A stretch of 32,000 bases of DNA, from positions 33,811-65,810 of the forward strand of contig JAIPHU010000005.1 of the NCBI GenBank assembly GCA_021735045.1. Direction: 5' to 3'. The notes under the pieces were generated by a model. That model had not been told where the DNA came from. It searched no databases and worked only from the letters and a program-made list of their open reading frames with translations. The translations under genes and the position numbers were made by a program. The first letter of the stretch is position 1, and every line of letters starts with the position of its first letter. Below, in pieces: positions 22,146-31,196 of this stretch. The DNA is from Candidatus Omnitrophota bacterium. Lineage in GTDB: Bacteria > Omnitrophota > Gorgyraeia > Duberdicusellales > 4484-171.

Positions 22146-22517
22146 TTATTTAGGTAATCCCTTTTTTTGAACTTTTTGTGCCACTGCACAAGCGACTGCA
22201 TAATCTTCAATATGTGTTATCGAAAGAATCAAATCAGCTTTTGTATCTTTTTTAAAGCTGCAATAAGGTGCTCCATTGGTTCTATTTAATATAATGATAT
22301 CCCGAAAACTTAAGGGTATGCTTTTTGAAATTGCTTTTATCACTGCTTCCTTAGCTGCAAATCTAGCCGCTAGCCTTTGATAATACATCTTACCTTGAGA
22401 AATCCCTTTTACTTCTTCTGGGTTAAATATTCTTTCGACAAAACTACTGCCCCATTTTTTAATGGCACCCCTAAACTTATCTATCTTGACCATATCTATA
22501 CCAATACCTAAAATCAT
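22146..22517 (-). CDS. acpS: Holo-[acyl-carrier-protein] synthase
   Basis: 123 aa. MILGIGIDMVKIDKF...RFAAKEA..KA is the typical AcpS sequence. Confidence 0.9.
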   Translation of the reverse strand: MILGIGIDMVKIDKFRGAIKKWGSSFVERIFNPEEVKGISQGKMYYQRLAARFAAKEAVIKAISKSIPLSFRDIIILNRTNGAPYCSFKKDTKADLILSITHIEDYAVACAVAQKVQKKGLPK

Positions 22518-22544
22518 CTTTACATCTATTGACTTATTAAATTA

Positions 22545-23267
22545 TTATTTTTTTAAAAATGAGAGCATTTTTTTAACTGCTGGTGCCAATCCCAGAAAAA
22601 TAGATTCGCAAATTATGGAATGGCCGATATTAAACTCTTGGATTTCATTTATTTCTACTATTTTTTTTATATTTTCATAGTCTAGCCCATGGCCAGCCGC
22701 AACAAAAAACTTTTTTTCTTTAGCAAATAAAGCTGCCCTTTTAATTCTTTCTAGTTCTTTTTTTTGTTTTTCTTTAGGAATCTTTTGAGAAAACTGGCCC
22801 GTATTAATCTCAACTATCTCAACCCCTAAATCTTTAGCTGCTTTTATTTGTTTTTTTATTGGGTCTATAAATAAACTAACTTTTATTTTTTTCTTCTTAA
22901 GCCGATTAACTGCTTTTTCAACTTTCTTATAGTTTTTAACTAAATCTATTCCGCCTTCAGTAGTTAGTTCTTTTCTGTTTTCAGGAACTAAAGTAGCCTG
23001 ATCTGGTTTTAATGTTTCTGCCAGAGAAACTATAGAGGCTGCAATTGACATCTCTAAATTAAAAGGAATCTTTATAAGATCTTTAATCAAGAAAACATCC
23101 TCTTTTTGAATATGCCTCTGGTCTTTGCGCAGATGAGTAACTATTGAATCACAACCGGCTTTTTCAGCTATTACAGCAGCTGTAGCTGGATCCGGATAAG
23201 TAGTAAAACGAGCCTGGCGCAATGTAGCTACATGATCAATATTTATTCCTAATTTAGTTCTTCTCAT
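22545..23267 (-). CDS. pdxJ: Pyridoxine 5'-phosphate synthase
   Basis: 240 aa. LGINIDHVATLRQAR is the PdxJ N-terminal signature, and a HGLDY-type C-terminal motif is present. Confidence 0.93.
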   Translation of the reverse strand: MRRTKLGINIDHVATLRQARFTTYPDPATAAVIAEKAGCDSIVTHLRKDQRHIQKEDVFLIKDLIKIPFNLEMSIAASIVSLAETLKPDQATLVPENRKELTTEGGIDLVKNYKKVEKAVNRLKKKKIKVSLFIDPIKKQIKAAKDLGVEIVEINTGQFSQKIPKEKQKKELERIKRAALFAKEKKFFVAAGHGLDYENIKKIVEINEIQEFNIGHSIICESIFLGLAPAVKKMLSFLKK

Positions 23268-23279
23268 TTTTACCTTATC

Positions 23280-23435
23280 CTAGATCTGAATACCTTGAGT
23301 AATCTCTCCGCTTACATAATACCAAACTATTACAGCTATCACCAAAGCCACCAACTTAAGCCAAAAATTATAAGTAACAGCCATTTTTAAATCAATCTTT
23401 TTTAACCATCTTTTAACTATTTTTATCCATTCCAT
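23280..23435 (-). CDS. 51-aa single-TM stub resembling only the N-terminal anchor of CdaR/YbbR
   Basis: Not in the ORF track because it is under 60 aa. ATG at 23435 lies 11 nt after the cdaA stop. Translation is MEWIKIVKRWLKKIDLKMAVTYNFWLKLVALVIAVIVWYYVSGEITQGIQI*. It sits where cdaR normally follows cdaA. Confidence 0.4.
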   Translation of the reverse strand: MEWIKIVKRWLKKIDLKMAVTYNFWLKLVALVIAVIVWYYVSGEITQGIQI

Positions 23436-23446
23436 TATATACCTGC

Positions 23447-24205
23447 TTAAGTTTTAGTTAACTGCCCTTTTAAAATAGTAAACAAATCATTAGGGCTTAG
23501 ACGTCTAGTAAGTTGGCCCTCTATTGCTAAAGATATTATTCCTGTTTCTTCAGAAACAACAATAACCACAGAATCAGCTGTCTCAGAAAGCCCCACCGCA
23601 GCCCGATGCCTCATCCCTAATGTCCTTTCTATATTGGGATTATCTGATAAAGGAAAAAGACAAGCCGCAGCCACAATCCTGGAACCTTCTATAATGACTC
23701 CTCCATCATGCAATGGAGCTGAGGGATAAAATATATTCTGCACTAACTCCGAAGTTATATCTGCATCTAAGACAACCCCGCTTTCAGTATATTTTCTTAA
23801 ACCCATCTCTCTTTTTATTGCAATTAAACCGCCTATTTTCTTTCGAGAAAGAACACCTACAGAAGATACTATCTCTCTTAAAACCTGCTCCATCTTCTCA
23901 ATTTGAGGCTCCATGTGAAAAATATGACGCCTACCTAATCGGATTAACCCTTCTCTTAGCTCAGGCTGAAAAATTATAGCTACAAGAATAAGAAAAAAAG
24001 CAAAAAGATAAGTGAGTATTCTAGTTAAAACCGGTAAACCTAAAAGCTGAAAGGCAAGTAAAGAAATTACCAAAACAATTATACCTCTTAAAAGATATAC
24101 GGCTTTGGTTCCTTTCAAAAATAAAAATATCCTATAGATAACCATCCATAAGATTATTATCTCAAGAATCGACTTCCAATTAAGTATTTTAACTAAACTT
24201 GTCAT
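23447..24205 (-). CDS. cdaA: Membrane-bound diadenylate cyclase CdaA (c-di-AMP synthase)
   Basis: 252 aa with three N-terminal TM helices and a DAC/DisA_N domain (PLHDGGVII, GMRHRAAVGLSE). Confidence 0.9.
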   Translation of the reverse strand: MTSLVKILNWKSILEIIILWMVIYRIFLFLKGTKAVYLLRGIIVLVISLLAFQLLGLPVLTRILTYLFAFFLILVAIIFQPELREGLIRLGRRHIFHMEPQIEKMEQVLREIVSSVGVLSRKKIGGLIAIKREMGLRKYTESGVVLDADITSELVQNIFYPSAPLHDGGVIIEGSRIVAAACLFPLSDNPNIERTLGMRHRAAVGLSETADSVVIVVSEETGIISLAIEGQLTRRLSPNDLFTILKGQLTKT

Positions 24206-25416
24206 TTTTTTACCAATGCAGAAAAAAGTTTAATGGCGTCTTTTGTCTGGCCCACATCATGAACCCTTAAAATATTAGCTCCTTTAGTTAATGCAAATAT
24301 CTGAGCTGCAATAGTAGCCCCTAGCCGTTGTGCTGGGCCTTTTTTAATTATATCACCGATAAAAGATTTACGCGACAACCCAATAAAAATTGGTACTCCT
24401 AAAGCTTTAAATTGATATAAATTATTTATTATATCTAAATTATGTTTTTTTGACTTTCCAAATCCAATGCCCGGGTCGATAAAAATTTGGTTTTTATCTA
24501 TTCCTTTTTTTTGACAATAGTCTATTCTTTTTCTTAAAAAATCCCCTATCTCTTGGCTAACTTGATTATAACTAGGATTAACCTGCATAGTCTGAGGATT
24601 CCCCTGCATATGCATAAGCACACAGCCTAAATTATATTTTTTTATCAAAGAAGTTATTTTATTGCTTTTTAGGGCGGTAATATCATTTATAATATCAGCC
24701 CCTGCTTCAACAGCTGCTTTGGCTACTTTAGGCTTATAGGTATCAACTGAAATAATTAAACTCTTAAACTCTTTCCTAACGGCTTTGAGCACCGGGATAA
24801 GCCTGTTTATTTCTTCCTGGGGTTTTATTCTCCTAGAAAATGGCCGAGTTGATTCTGCACCAAAGTCGATAATCTTAGCGCCATCTTTAACCATCACAGA
24901 AACTTTATCTAAGGCTAACTTTTTTAAGCCAAGAGAAGGCTGATCTGCCTTAGATAACAGGCCATCGCCAGAGAAAGAATCTTTGGTAATATTTACTATT
25001 CCACAAATAATCGGTTTATTTATTCGTAAACTTTTATCTCTAGCTCTATAGTTATAACTAGTTTTTTCGCTATTTTCTAAACTTTCTGATAATTGCTTAG
25101 ATAATATTTTTAATCTTTTAGTCTGATTTTTTAATTTTTGACAAAGCTTCTTTAACTGGCTAATACTGCCAAAAAGCAACACGCCTGTTTCAATATCTTT
25201 AATCAAAGCATTTCTTTCTACAGCTGCATCAGAACCAAGAGAAAGTAGATGCTGTTTTAATATATTAGCTTCCCAGGATCTTATTCCTTGAACCTTAAAA
25301 CTTCTAAATACAGACTTAGGACTCAGTATCTTAGTACCTTCTTTAGTTACCCCTAAAGAAAGAATTGCTTTCTTTGCTTCTTTTTGATTGTCTAAAGTTA
25401 ATGGAACTACATTCAT
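24202..25416 (-). CDS. folP: Dihydropteroate synthase with an N-terminal extension of about 135 aa
   Basis: The C-terminal ~270 aa form the pterin-binding domain (GIVNITKDSFSGDG, FGAESTRPF, DPGIGFGK). The N-terminal 135 aa are unassigned. Confidence 0.88.
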   Translation of the reverse strand: MNVVPLTLDNQKEAKKAILSLGVTKEGTKILSPKSVFRSFKVQGIRSWEANILKQHLLSLGSDAAVERNALIKDIETGVLLFGSISQLKKLCQKLKNQTKRLKILSKQLSESLENSEKTSYNYRARDKSLRINKPIICGIVNITKDSFSGDGLLSKADQPSLGLKKLALDKVSVMVKDGAKIIDFGAESTRPFSRRIKPQEEINRLIPVLKAVRKEFKSLIISVDTYKPKVAKAAVEAGADIINDITALKSNKITSLIKKYNLGCVLMHMQGNPQTMQVNPSYNQVSQEIGDFLRKRIDYCQKKGIDKNQIFIDPGIGFGKSKKHNLDIINNLYQFKALGVPIFIGLSRKSFIGDIIKKGPAQRLGATIAAQIFALTKGANILRVHDVGQTKDAIKLFSALVKK

Positions 25417-25452
25417 TTAGGTTAAGGAAAGATAAATATAGTTAAATATTTT

Positions 25453-27339
25453 TTATGAAGCTGAGTCTTTTTCTTTTTGTTTAGATAAACCAACTATTTT
25501 TTTAAACTCTTGAGCCCCGAGTACTTCTTTATCTAATAAAACATCTACAAGCTTAGCTAAATCTTTTTTATTATCTTGAATAATTTTTTTGGCTCGGAGA
25601 TAACATTCATCCACAATTCGTTTTACCTCTTGATCGACAATCCGGGCAGTTTCCTCGCTGTAATCTTTTTCTTTCATCATATCCCTGCCTAAAAATACAG
25701 GGCCATGGCTTTTGCCTAAAGTATAGTTACCCAGCTTATCGCTCATCCCATAGTCACAAACCATCTTGCGAGCTAACTTTGTTACTGCTACCAAATCACT
25801 CATTGCTCCGGTTGTAATATCATCTAAGTTCACTTCCTCAGAGGCTCTACCTCCTAAAGCAACGGTAATTTCGCCCATAAGCTGCTTTTTTGATTTATAG
25901 CTTCTGTCTTCTTGAGGTGGGATAAAAGTATAACCCCCAGCCATGCCTCGGGGAATAATTGATACTTTTGCCATAGAATCAACTTCTGGAATAACAAGGG
26001 AAACTAAAGCATGGCCGCCTTCATGAAAAGCAGTTATCTTTTTTTCTTTTTCTGACATTACCCGGCTTTTTCTCTCCGGCCCCATCATTACTCTCTCAAT
26101 CGCTTCTTCAAGCTCTTTCTGAGTTACGGATTTCTTATTTCTGCGTGCAGCTAGTAAAGCTGCTTCATTACAGAGATTTTCTAAGTCAGCCCCGGAGAAG
26201 CCAGGTGTTCTTTTAGCAACTTCTTCCAGATTTACTTGAGAGGATAAGTTTATTTTTTTAGTATGCACTTTTAAGATTCCTTCTCTCCCCTTTATATCCG
26301 GTGCACTAATGACAATTTGACGGTCAAACCGGCCCGGCCTAAGCAAAGCAGGATCTAATACATCAGGGCGGTTTGTAGCAGCTATGATTATAACCCCTGT
26401 TTCGGTTTTAAATCCATCCATCTCAGATAAAAGTTGATTTAGGGTTTGTTCTCTTTCGTCATGTCCTCCGCCTAAACCAGCAAAGCGTTGTCTGCCAACC
26501 GCATCAATTTCATCAATAAAAATAATACAGCCTTTATTCTCAGATTTAGCTGCTTTTTTAGCTTGATCAAACAAAGACCTAACCCGAGATGCCCCTACTC
26601 CAACAAACATCTCCACAAAATCAGATCCTCCTATTGAAAAAAATGGCACTTCTGCTTCACCGGATACAGCCTTAGCGAGCAAAGTCTTACCACAACCAGG
26701 AGGGCCCATAAGAAGAACTCCTTTAGGGAATCTGCCGCCAAGCCGCTGAAACTTCTTAGGGTCTTTTAAAAACTCAACTACTTCCTGCAACTCTTCTTTT
26801 GCCTCATCAATTCCAGCTACATCGCTGAAAGTAACTTTTTTAGCTCTATTTTTATCCAAAATAGCGTGTTTTGACTTACCAAAACCCCAAATTTGTGAAC
26901 CCATTTGATTTCCCTTACGAGAAAAGTACCATAAAAACAAAATAAAAATAAGCATCGGCCCAAAGAAGTAAAGAAAGTTAGTAAAAGCAGTGCTGGCAGG
27001 CTCAATCTCAAAATTATCTACATTTTGCCGCATCAAAGAGATAATCTCTTTATTTTCTTTAGGGATATACACATAAAAATATTTCTGGCCTTGGGGCTGA
27101 TTGAACTGTCCTTGGACAAGATTTTCTTTTAAAGTAATTGACTCTATTTGATTGGTTTCAGGGTTATTTTTAACTAAATAGTAAAATTCAGGATATTTTA
27201 ATTTTTTAGCAAATCCCCCCATATTAGCCCCAAAGAGGTTAGCTAACCAGATAACAGCCATAAATATAATAATTATATATAGAGCTCGGCGGAAAAAATT
27301 AGGATTAGGTTGTTTTTTCTTGTTCTTTTTTGGTTTCAT
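25453..27339 (-). CDS. ftsH: ATP-dependent zinc metalloprotease FtsH
   Basis: 628 aa with Walker A GPPGCGKT, the AAA+ SRH region and zinc motif HEGGHAL. Confidence 0.97.
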   Translation of the reverse strand: MKPKKNKKKQPNPNFFRRALYIIIIFMAVIWLANLFGANMGGFAKKLKYPEFYYLVKNNPETNQIESITLKENLVQGQFNQPQGQKYFYVYIPKENKEIISLMRQNVDNFEIEPASTAFTNFLYFFGPMLIFILFLWYFSRKGNQMGSQIWGFGKSKHAILDKNRAKKVTFSDVAGIDEAKEELQEVVEFLKDPKKFQRLGGRFPKGVLLMGPPGCGKTLLAKAVSGEAEVPFFSIGGSDFVEMFVGVGASRVRSLFDQAKKAAKSENKGCIIFIDEIDAVGRQRFAGLGGGHDEREQTLNQLLSEMDGFKTETGVIIIAATNRPDVLDPALLRPGRFDRQIVISAPDIKGREGILKVHTKKINLSSQVNLEEVAKRTPGFSGADLENLCNEAALLAARRNKKSVTQKELEEAIERVMMGPERKSRVMSEKEKKITAFHEGGHALVSLVIPEVDSMAKVSIIPRGMAGGYTFIPPQEDRSYKSKKQLMGEITVALGGRASEEVNLDDITTGAMSDLVAVTKLARKMVCDYGMSDKLGNYTLGKSHGPVFLGRDMMKEKDYSEETARIVDQEVKRIVDECYLRAKKIIQDNKKDLAKLVDVLLDKEVLGAQEFKKIVGLSKQKEKDSAS

Positions 27340-27363
27340 TGATAGCTATTATACTTGCATTAG

Positions 27364-28359
27364 TTACAAAATCAAGGGCTGAATCGAAACAGCCTTTTTT
27401 TCTTTTTTTATCACAACTTTGGGTAAGTGGATACTAGCCTGGTCCCGGCCTTCTAAAACCAATTTTTTTACCTCAGCCAGATGGGCCTGATCTATTCGGC
27501 GGGTATCCCCCTTTATTTGTTCAATAGCAATTCTTATTACATTATTAAAAATAGCCGGATGCAGTTCTCTTAGGCCTTTTAAATCAAGAGATAAACCTCT
27601 CCCTGATTTTTTTTGCCGAAGACGCCTAAACTCACGCTCAGAGAAATTATAGATAAAATCATAATCAAGGCCAGTATTAACTGCTAGATCAGATAACCTG
27701 TCTGTAATAGATTCATTGATGGCTTCAAGCTGTGGCAGAAGTTTAATTCTTATCTTATTTCGGAGAAACTTTATGCTTCGATTGCTCTTGTCTAGGCAAA
27801 AAGAGATATTTTTTTTATCTAACCAGTTTAAAATTTGATCTTTTTCTAAATCAATAAAAGGCCTAACCACAGTTAAGCTCTTAAAATTAGACTTAGGCAA
27901 AAACCCTCGTAACCCTTTTAAACCTGTACCTCTTATTATCCGCATTAAAACAGTTTCAGCTAAATCATCTTTATGATGAGCCAAAGCAAGTTTTTTTATT
28001 TTTGTTTGGCGAGAAACTTTTAGGAAAAAATCAAAACGTAACTTCCGAGCAGTTTGCTCTAAAGAGTCTCCGGTAAAGAAATCATTTACCATCTTTTTTT
28101 CGCTAATAAACTCTATCTCTAACCTTTTACATAAATCTCTAATAAACTTTTCTTCCCGGTCGCTCTCTTCTCTTAGGCCATGATTAAAATGAACACAAAT
28201 AATTTTAAGTTTATACTTTTTTTCTAAACTTATAAAACTGTAAAGTAAAGCTATCGAGTCAGGGCCACCCGATACACCTAATAAAACCTTATCTTTTCTT
28301 TTAAGAAGGTCATATTCATTTATTGTTTTTAGCAAAGTTTTTTTCAACATATCTACCAA
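27364..28359 (-). CDS. tilS: tRNA(Ile)-lysidine synthase (short form)
   Basis: 331 aa with PP-loop VSGGPDSIAL. The tilS-ftsH neighbourhood is typical. Confidence 0.88.
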   Translation of the reverse strand: MVDMLKKTLLKTINEYDLLKRKDKVLLGVSGGPDSIALLYSFISLEKKYKLKIICVHFNHGLREESDREEKFIRDLCKRLEIEFISEKKMVNDFFTGDSLEQTARKLRFDFFLKVSRQTKIKKLALAHHKDDLAETVLMRIIRGTGLKGLRGFLPKSNFKSLTVVRPFIDLEKDQILNWLDKKNISFCLDKSNRSIKFLRNKIRIKLLPQLEAINESITDRLSDLAVNTGLDYDFIYNFSEREFRRLRQKKSGRGLSLDLKGLRELHPAIFNNVIRIAIEQIKGDTRRIDQAHLAEVKKLVLEGRDQASIHLPKVVIKKEKKAVSIQPLIL

Positions 28360-28379
28360 AATAAATACTCCTTAACTAA

Positions 28380-28997
28380 CTATTTTTTTGAAACAAACCT
28401 ATTTTCCTTTATATAATAACGCAAAGGTAAATCTTTTGACTCTGTTGCATAATCTATACCTACTCTATTTGTCTCCACAATATCAAAGTTTTTTTTCTTT
28501 TTCTGCAAAATATAAATTTTATCTGAATATATCTTCTTACCTAAAAACTTTTTATCTATTCCAAATGCTTCTGTCCAACGACAAGGGCCATTAGTTAAAT
28601 TTTTTTTGCCCTTACCTCTTCTTCTTTTCATCTGGTCTATGCCTTCGATAGGTTCTAGAGCCCGGATAAAGACTCCTTGAGGATTGGTTTTAGACGAGGT
28701 AACTATATTAAAACACCAATATAGGCCGTAGATCAAATAAACATAAATTATACCACCCTGATGATATAAGATTTCATTTCGAGCGGTCCTTCGGCCAGAA
28801 AAACTATGCGATGCATCATCACCCAAACCCAGATAGCTTTCAGACTCAACTATCCGGCCAACTAAAAAATGTTTTCTTTTTTTTAATACTAAAAAATCTC
28901 CAAGAATGTTTTTTGCAACATATTTTGCATCTTTTAGAAAAAAACTTTTCTTTCTTTTCTTAGCTTTTTTAAAATTAAAGTTCGTTCCAACCATCAA
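28380..28997 (-). CDS. mpg: DNA-3-methyladenine glycosylase, AAG/MPG family
   Basis: 205 aa. ESYLGLGDDASHSFSGRRTARNEILYHQGGIIYVYLIYG matches the AAG/MPG core. Confidence 0.85.
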   Translation of the reverse strand: MMVGTNFNFKKAKKRKKSFFLKDAKYVAKNILGDFLVLKKRKHFLVGRIVESESYLGLGDDASHSFSGRRTARNEILYHQGGIIYVYLIYGLYWCFNIVTSSKTNPQGVFIRALEPIEGIDQMKRRRGKGKKNLTNGPCRWTEAFGIDKKFLGKKIYSDKIYILQKKKKNFDIVETNRVGIDYATESKDLPLRYYIKENRFVSKK

Positions 28998-29298
28998 CCT
29001 TTTCTCTATAAAATATTATTTCTAACTTCTTGTCTTCATATCTCCAAATTTCATTTCCTTCTAAGCTTGTAGTTATCTTATCTGGATACCCAAGTGACGC
29101 TATAACTTCCTTCTTGCTATATCCTTGAATTATTACTTCTTTTCTTTTAGTAAGATAATAATCTTTTTTAATTTCCCCTTCTCCTATACCTTGTTTTATA
29201 TCTAGCCCAAAAGCACCTTCTTTTTTGCCTGTATAGTCACGCATCTGCACACAAGCTGACAGAAACAGGACTAAAGTAGTAAAAAGTAATAGTTTCAT
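28975..29298 (-). CDS. Small hypothetical lipoprotein
   Basis: 107 aa with a signal peptide and lipobox LSAC. No family recognised. Confidence 0.6.
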   Translation of the reverse strand: MKLLLFTTLVLFLSACVQMRDYTGKKEGAFGLDIKQGIGEGEIKKDYYLTKRKEVIIQGYSKKEVIASLGYPDKITTSLEGNEIWRYEDKKLEIIFYREKVDGWNEL

Positions 29299-29954
29299 TA
29301 TTTTTTCTCTCTGGGTCCAAAAATAGCTGTGCCAATTCTTACGATATTGGCTCCTTCTTCAACTGCTATTTTGTATGAAGAACTCATCCCCATCGAAAGA
29401 TACCGCCAATGGTTATCTTGATATTTATCCTCTAACTTATCAAATACCTTTTTTGTCTGCCTAAAATATGGCCTGGCTTCTTCAGGATTTTTGGCAAAAG
29501 GGCCCATAGTCATCAGGCCACAAACTTTAAGATAAGAGAGTTGGTCTAGCTCTTCTTTAAACTTGATAACTTCTTCTGGAGTTATCCCAAATTTTTGCGC
29601 CTCAGAAGCAGAGTTAACTTCAATTAAAACCGGCATAACTTTGTTTATCCTTTTACATTCTTTATTTATAACTTCTGCCAACTTCAATGAATCAAGTGTC
29701 TCAATCAAATCAAAGATCTTAACTGCCTTGCGTACTTTATTTTTTTGGAGATGGCCGATAAAGTGCCATTTAACTCTAGATCCAATACTATTATAGTGAA
29801 GTTTAGCTTGCTTAAGATAGTTTTCTCCTATAATCTTTACTCCAGATTCAATCGTTTGCCCTATCTCTTCTGAGGTTCGATCTTTTGCAGCTGCAACTAA
29901 CTCTACCTGCTTAGGTAGAGTTTGTAGTATTTTTTTTGTTTTTTCTTTAATCAT
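29298..29954 (-). CDS. yggS: YggS-family pyridoxal-phosphate homeostasis protein
   Basis: 218 aa with the WHFIGHLQKNK motif and an Ala-racemase N-terminal-fold pattern. Confidence 0.9.
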   Translation of the reverse strand: MIKEKTKKILQTLPKQVELVAAAKDRTSEEIGQTIESGVKIIGENYLKQAKLHYNSIGSRVKWHFIGHLQKNKVRKAVKIFDLIETLDSLKLAEVINKECKRINKVMPVLIEVNSASEAQKFGITPEEVIKFKEELDQLSYLKVCGLMTMGPFAKNPEEARPYFRQTKKVFDKLEDKYQDNHWRYLSMGMSSSYKIAVEEGANIVRIGTAIFGPREKK

Positions 29955-30873
29955 TAATTAAAAAATATTTGTTATCCTTTTCTATTTTTGCTTTAATTTT
30001 TTCTTCTTCTAAAAGTTTAGCCAAATATTTTAATAACTCACTAATATTTATACCCAAAGAACTACTTAAATCATCACTTGTAGCCGGGCGCCTTTTTAGA
30101 TAATTAAGAATTTCTTCTTCTTTTATATCTGCCTGCTTTGGCCTTTTATCTTTAGGAAAAGTTGCTACTACTTCAACCTCTTGGCCGATAATGCTTTTTA
30201 TCTTGGCTATCTGCCTTGAGTCAGGAACTAAAACTTCTTCCGTTGATGGCCGAACCGGAAGATTAAGCTGAACTTTATCCGGTTTAATTCTTTTGATAAT
30301 TTTTCTAAACTTATCTGCTGCTTCTAGGCTATCGTTTACTCCCTTAACAAGCATTATCTCTAACCAGATTTTTCCTTTAAATTCTTTTCTCAATTGAATA
30401 CATCCCTTTTTTATCTTATAAAAATTTATTTTAGGATGAGGCCGGTTAATTTTTTTAAAAATCTTGGCAGAAGGTGCATCCAAAGAAGGAACAATCAAAT
30501 CAGCCTCCATCAGTTGATCCCTTACTTTTTTTCGATGTAGGAGAGAAGAATTGGTTATTACCGCTACCGGATACCTGTATTCACTGATCTCTTTTATGAC
30601 TTTAATGACTTTAGCTAAATCTTTATGTAAAGTTGGTTCTCCTGATCCTGATAAAGTAATATAATCAATTTTTGGATTTTTAGCTAAAATAGTTTTAAGT
30701 TCTTGCTTAAATTGGGCAAGATCTATATAAAAAACCCTTTTTATTTTTGGTTGAGTAACTACTCCTAACTGGCAATAAATACAATTAAAAGTACAAGTTT
30801 TTTTAGGAGTCAAATCAACCCCTAAAGAAAAACCTAACCTTCGTGAAGGTACTGGGCCATAAAAATATTCCAT
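29947..30873 (-). CDS. Radical SAM protein with C-terminal winged-helix-like tail
   Basis: 308 aa. GPVPSRRLGFSLGVDL is followed by CTFNCIYC (CxxxCxxC). The C-terminal ~60 aa look like a small wHTH. The substrate is unknown. Confidence 0.8.
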   Translation of the reverse strand: MEYFYGPVPSRRLGFSLGVDLTPKKTCTFNCIYCQLGVVTQPKIKRVFYIDLAQFKQELKTILAKNPKIDYITLSGSGEPTLHKDLAKVIKVIKEISEYRYPVAVITNSSLLHRKKVRDQLMEADLIVPSLDAPSAKIFKKINRPHPKINFYKIKKGCIQLRKEFKGKIWLEIMLVKGVNDSLEAADKFRKIIKRIKPDKVQLNLPVRPSTEEVLVPDSRQIAKIKSIIGQEVEVVATFPKDKRPKQADIKEEEILNYLKRRPATSDDLSSSLGINISELLKYLAKLLEEEKIKAKIEKDNKYFLIND

Positions 30874-30875
30874 AA

Positions 30876-31196
30876 CTAAATATCTAGGTCAGACCACCAA
30901 CCATCATAAAACTGTTTTAGGTGGCGATAGGTAATTTTATCCATATCCATTTTTTTAATATCTTTTTTATGAAATGAAATCCTAAACCGTTCTATATAAC
31001 TCATTATAATATCATAAGCCCAACTTATCTCCTTAAATCTCTCCTCGCAGGCTTGTTTATTTTCTTGGCAACGATCCGGATGATAGTTTTTAGCTAATCT
31101 TTCGTAGCTTTTTTTTACTTCCCCAACAGTAGCTTCTATGTCTAGTTCCAGGATTTTTCTCGCTTTATCGATAATTTGAAAACTGTCTTTTTTCAT
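30876..31196 (-). CDS. Small J-domain (DnaJ-like) protein
   Basis: 106 aa. VKKSYERLAKNYHPDR contains the HPD tripeptide. There is no Zn-finger or C-terminal DnaJ domain. Confidence 0.75.
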   Translation of the reverse strand: MKKDSFQIIDKARKILELDIEATVGEVKKSYERLAKNYHPDRCQENKQACEERFKEISWAYDIIMSYIERFRISFHKKDIKKMDMDKITYRHLKQFYDGWWSDLDI

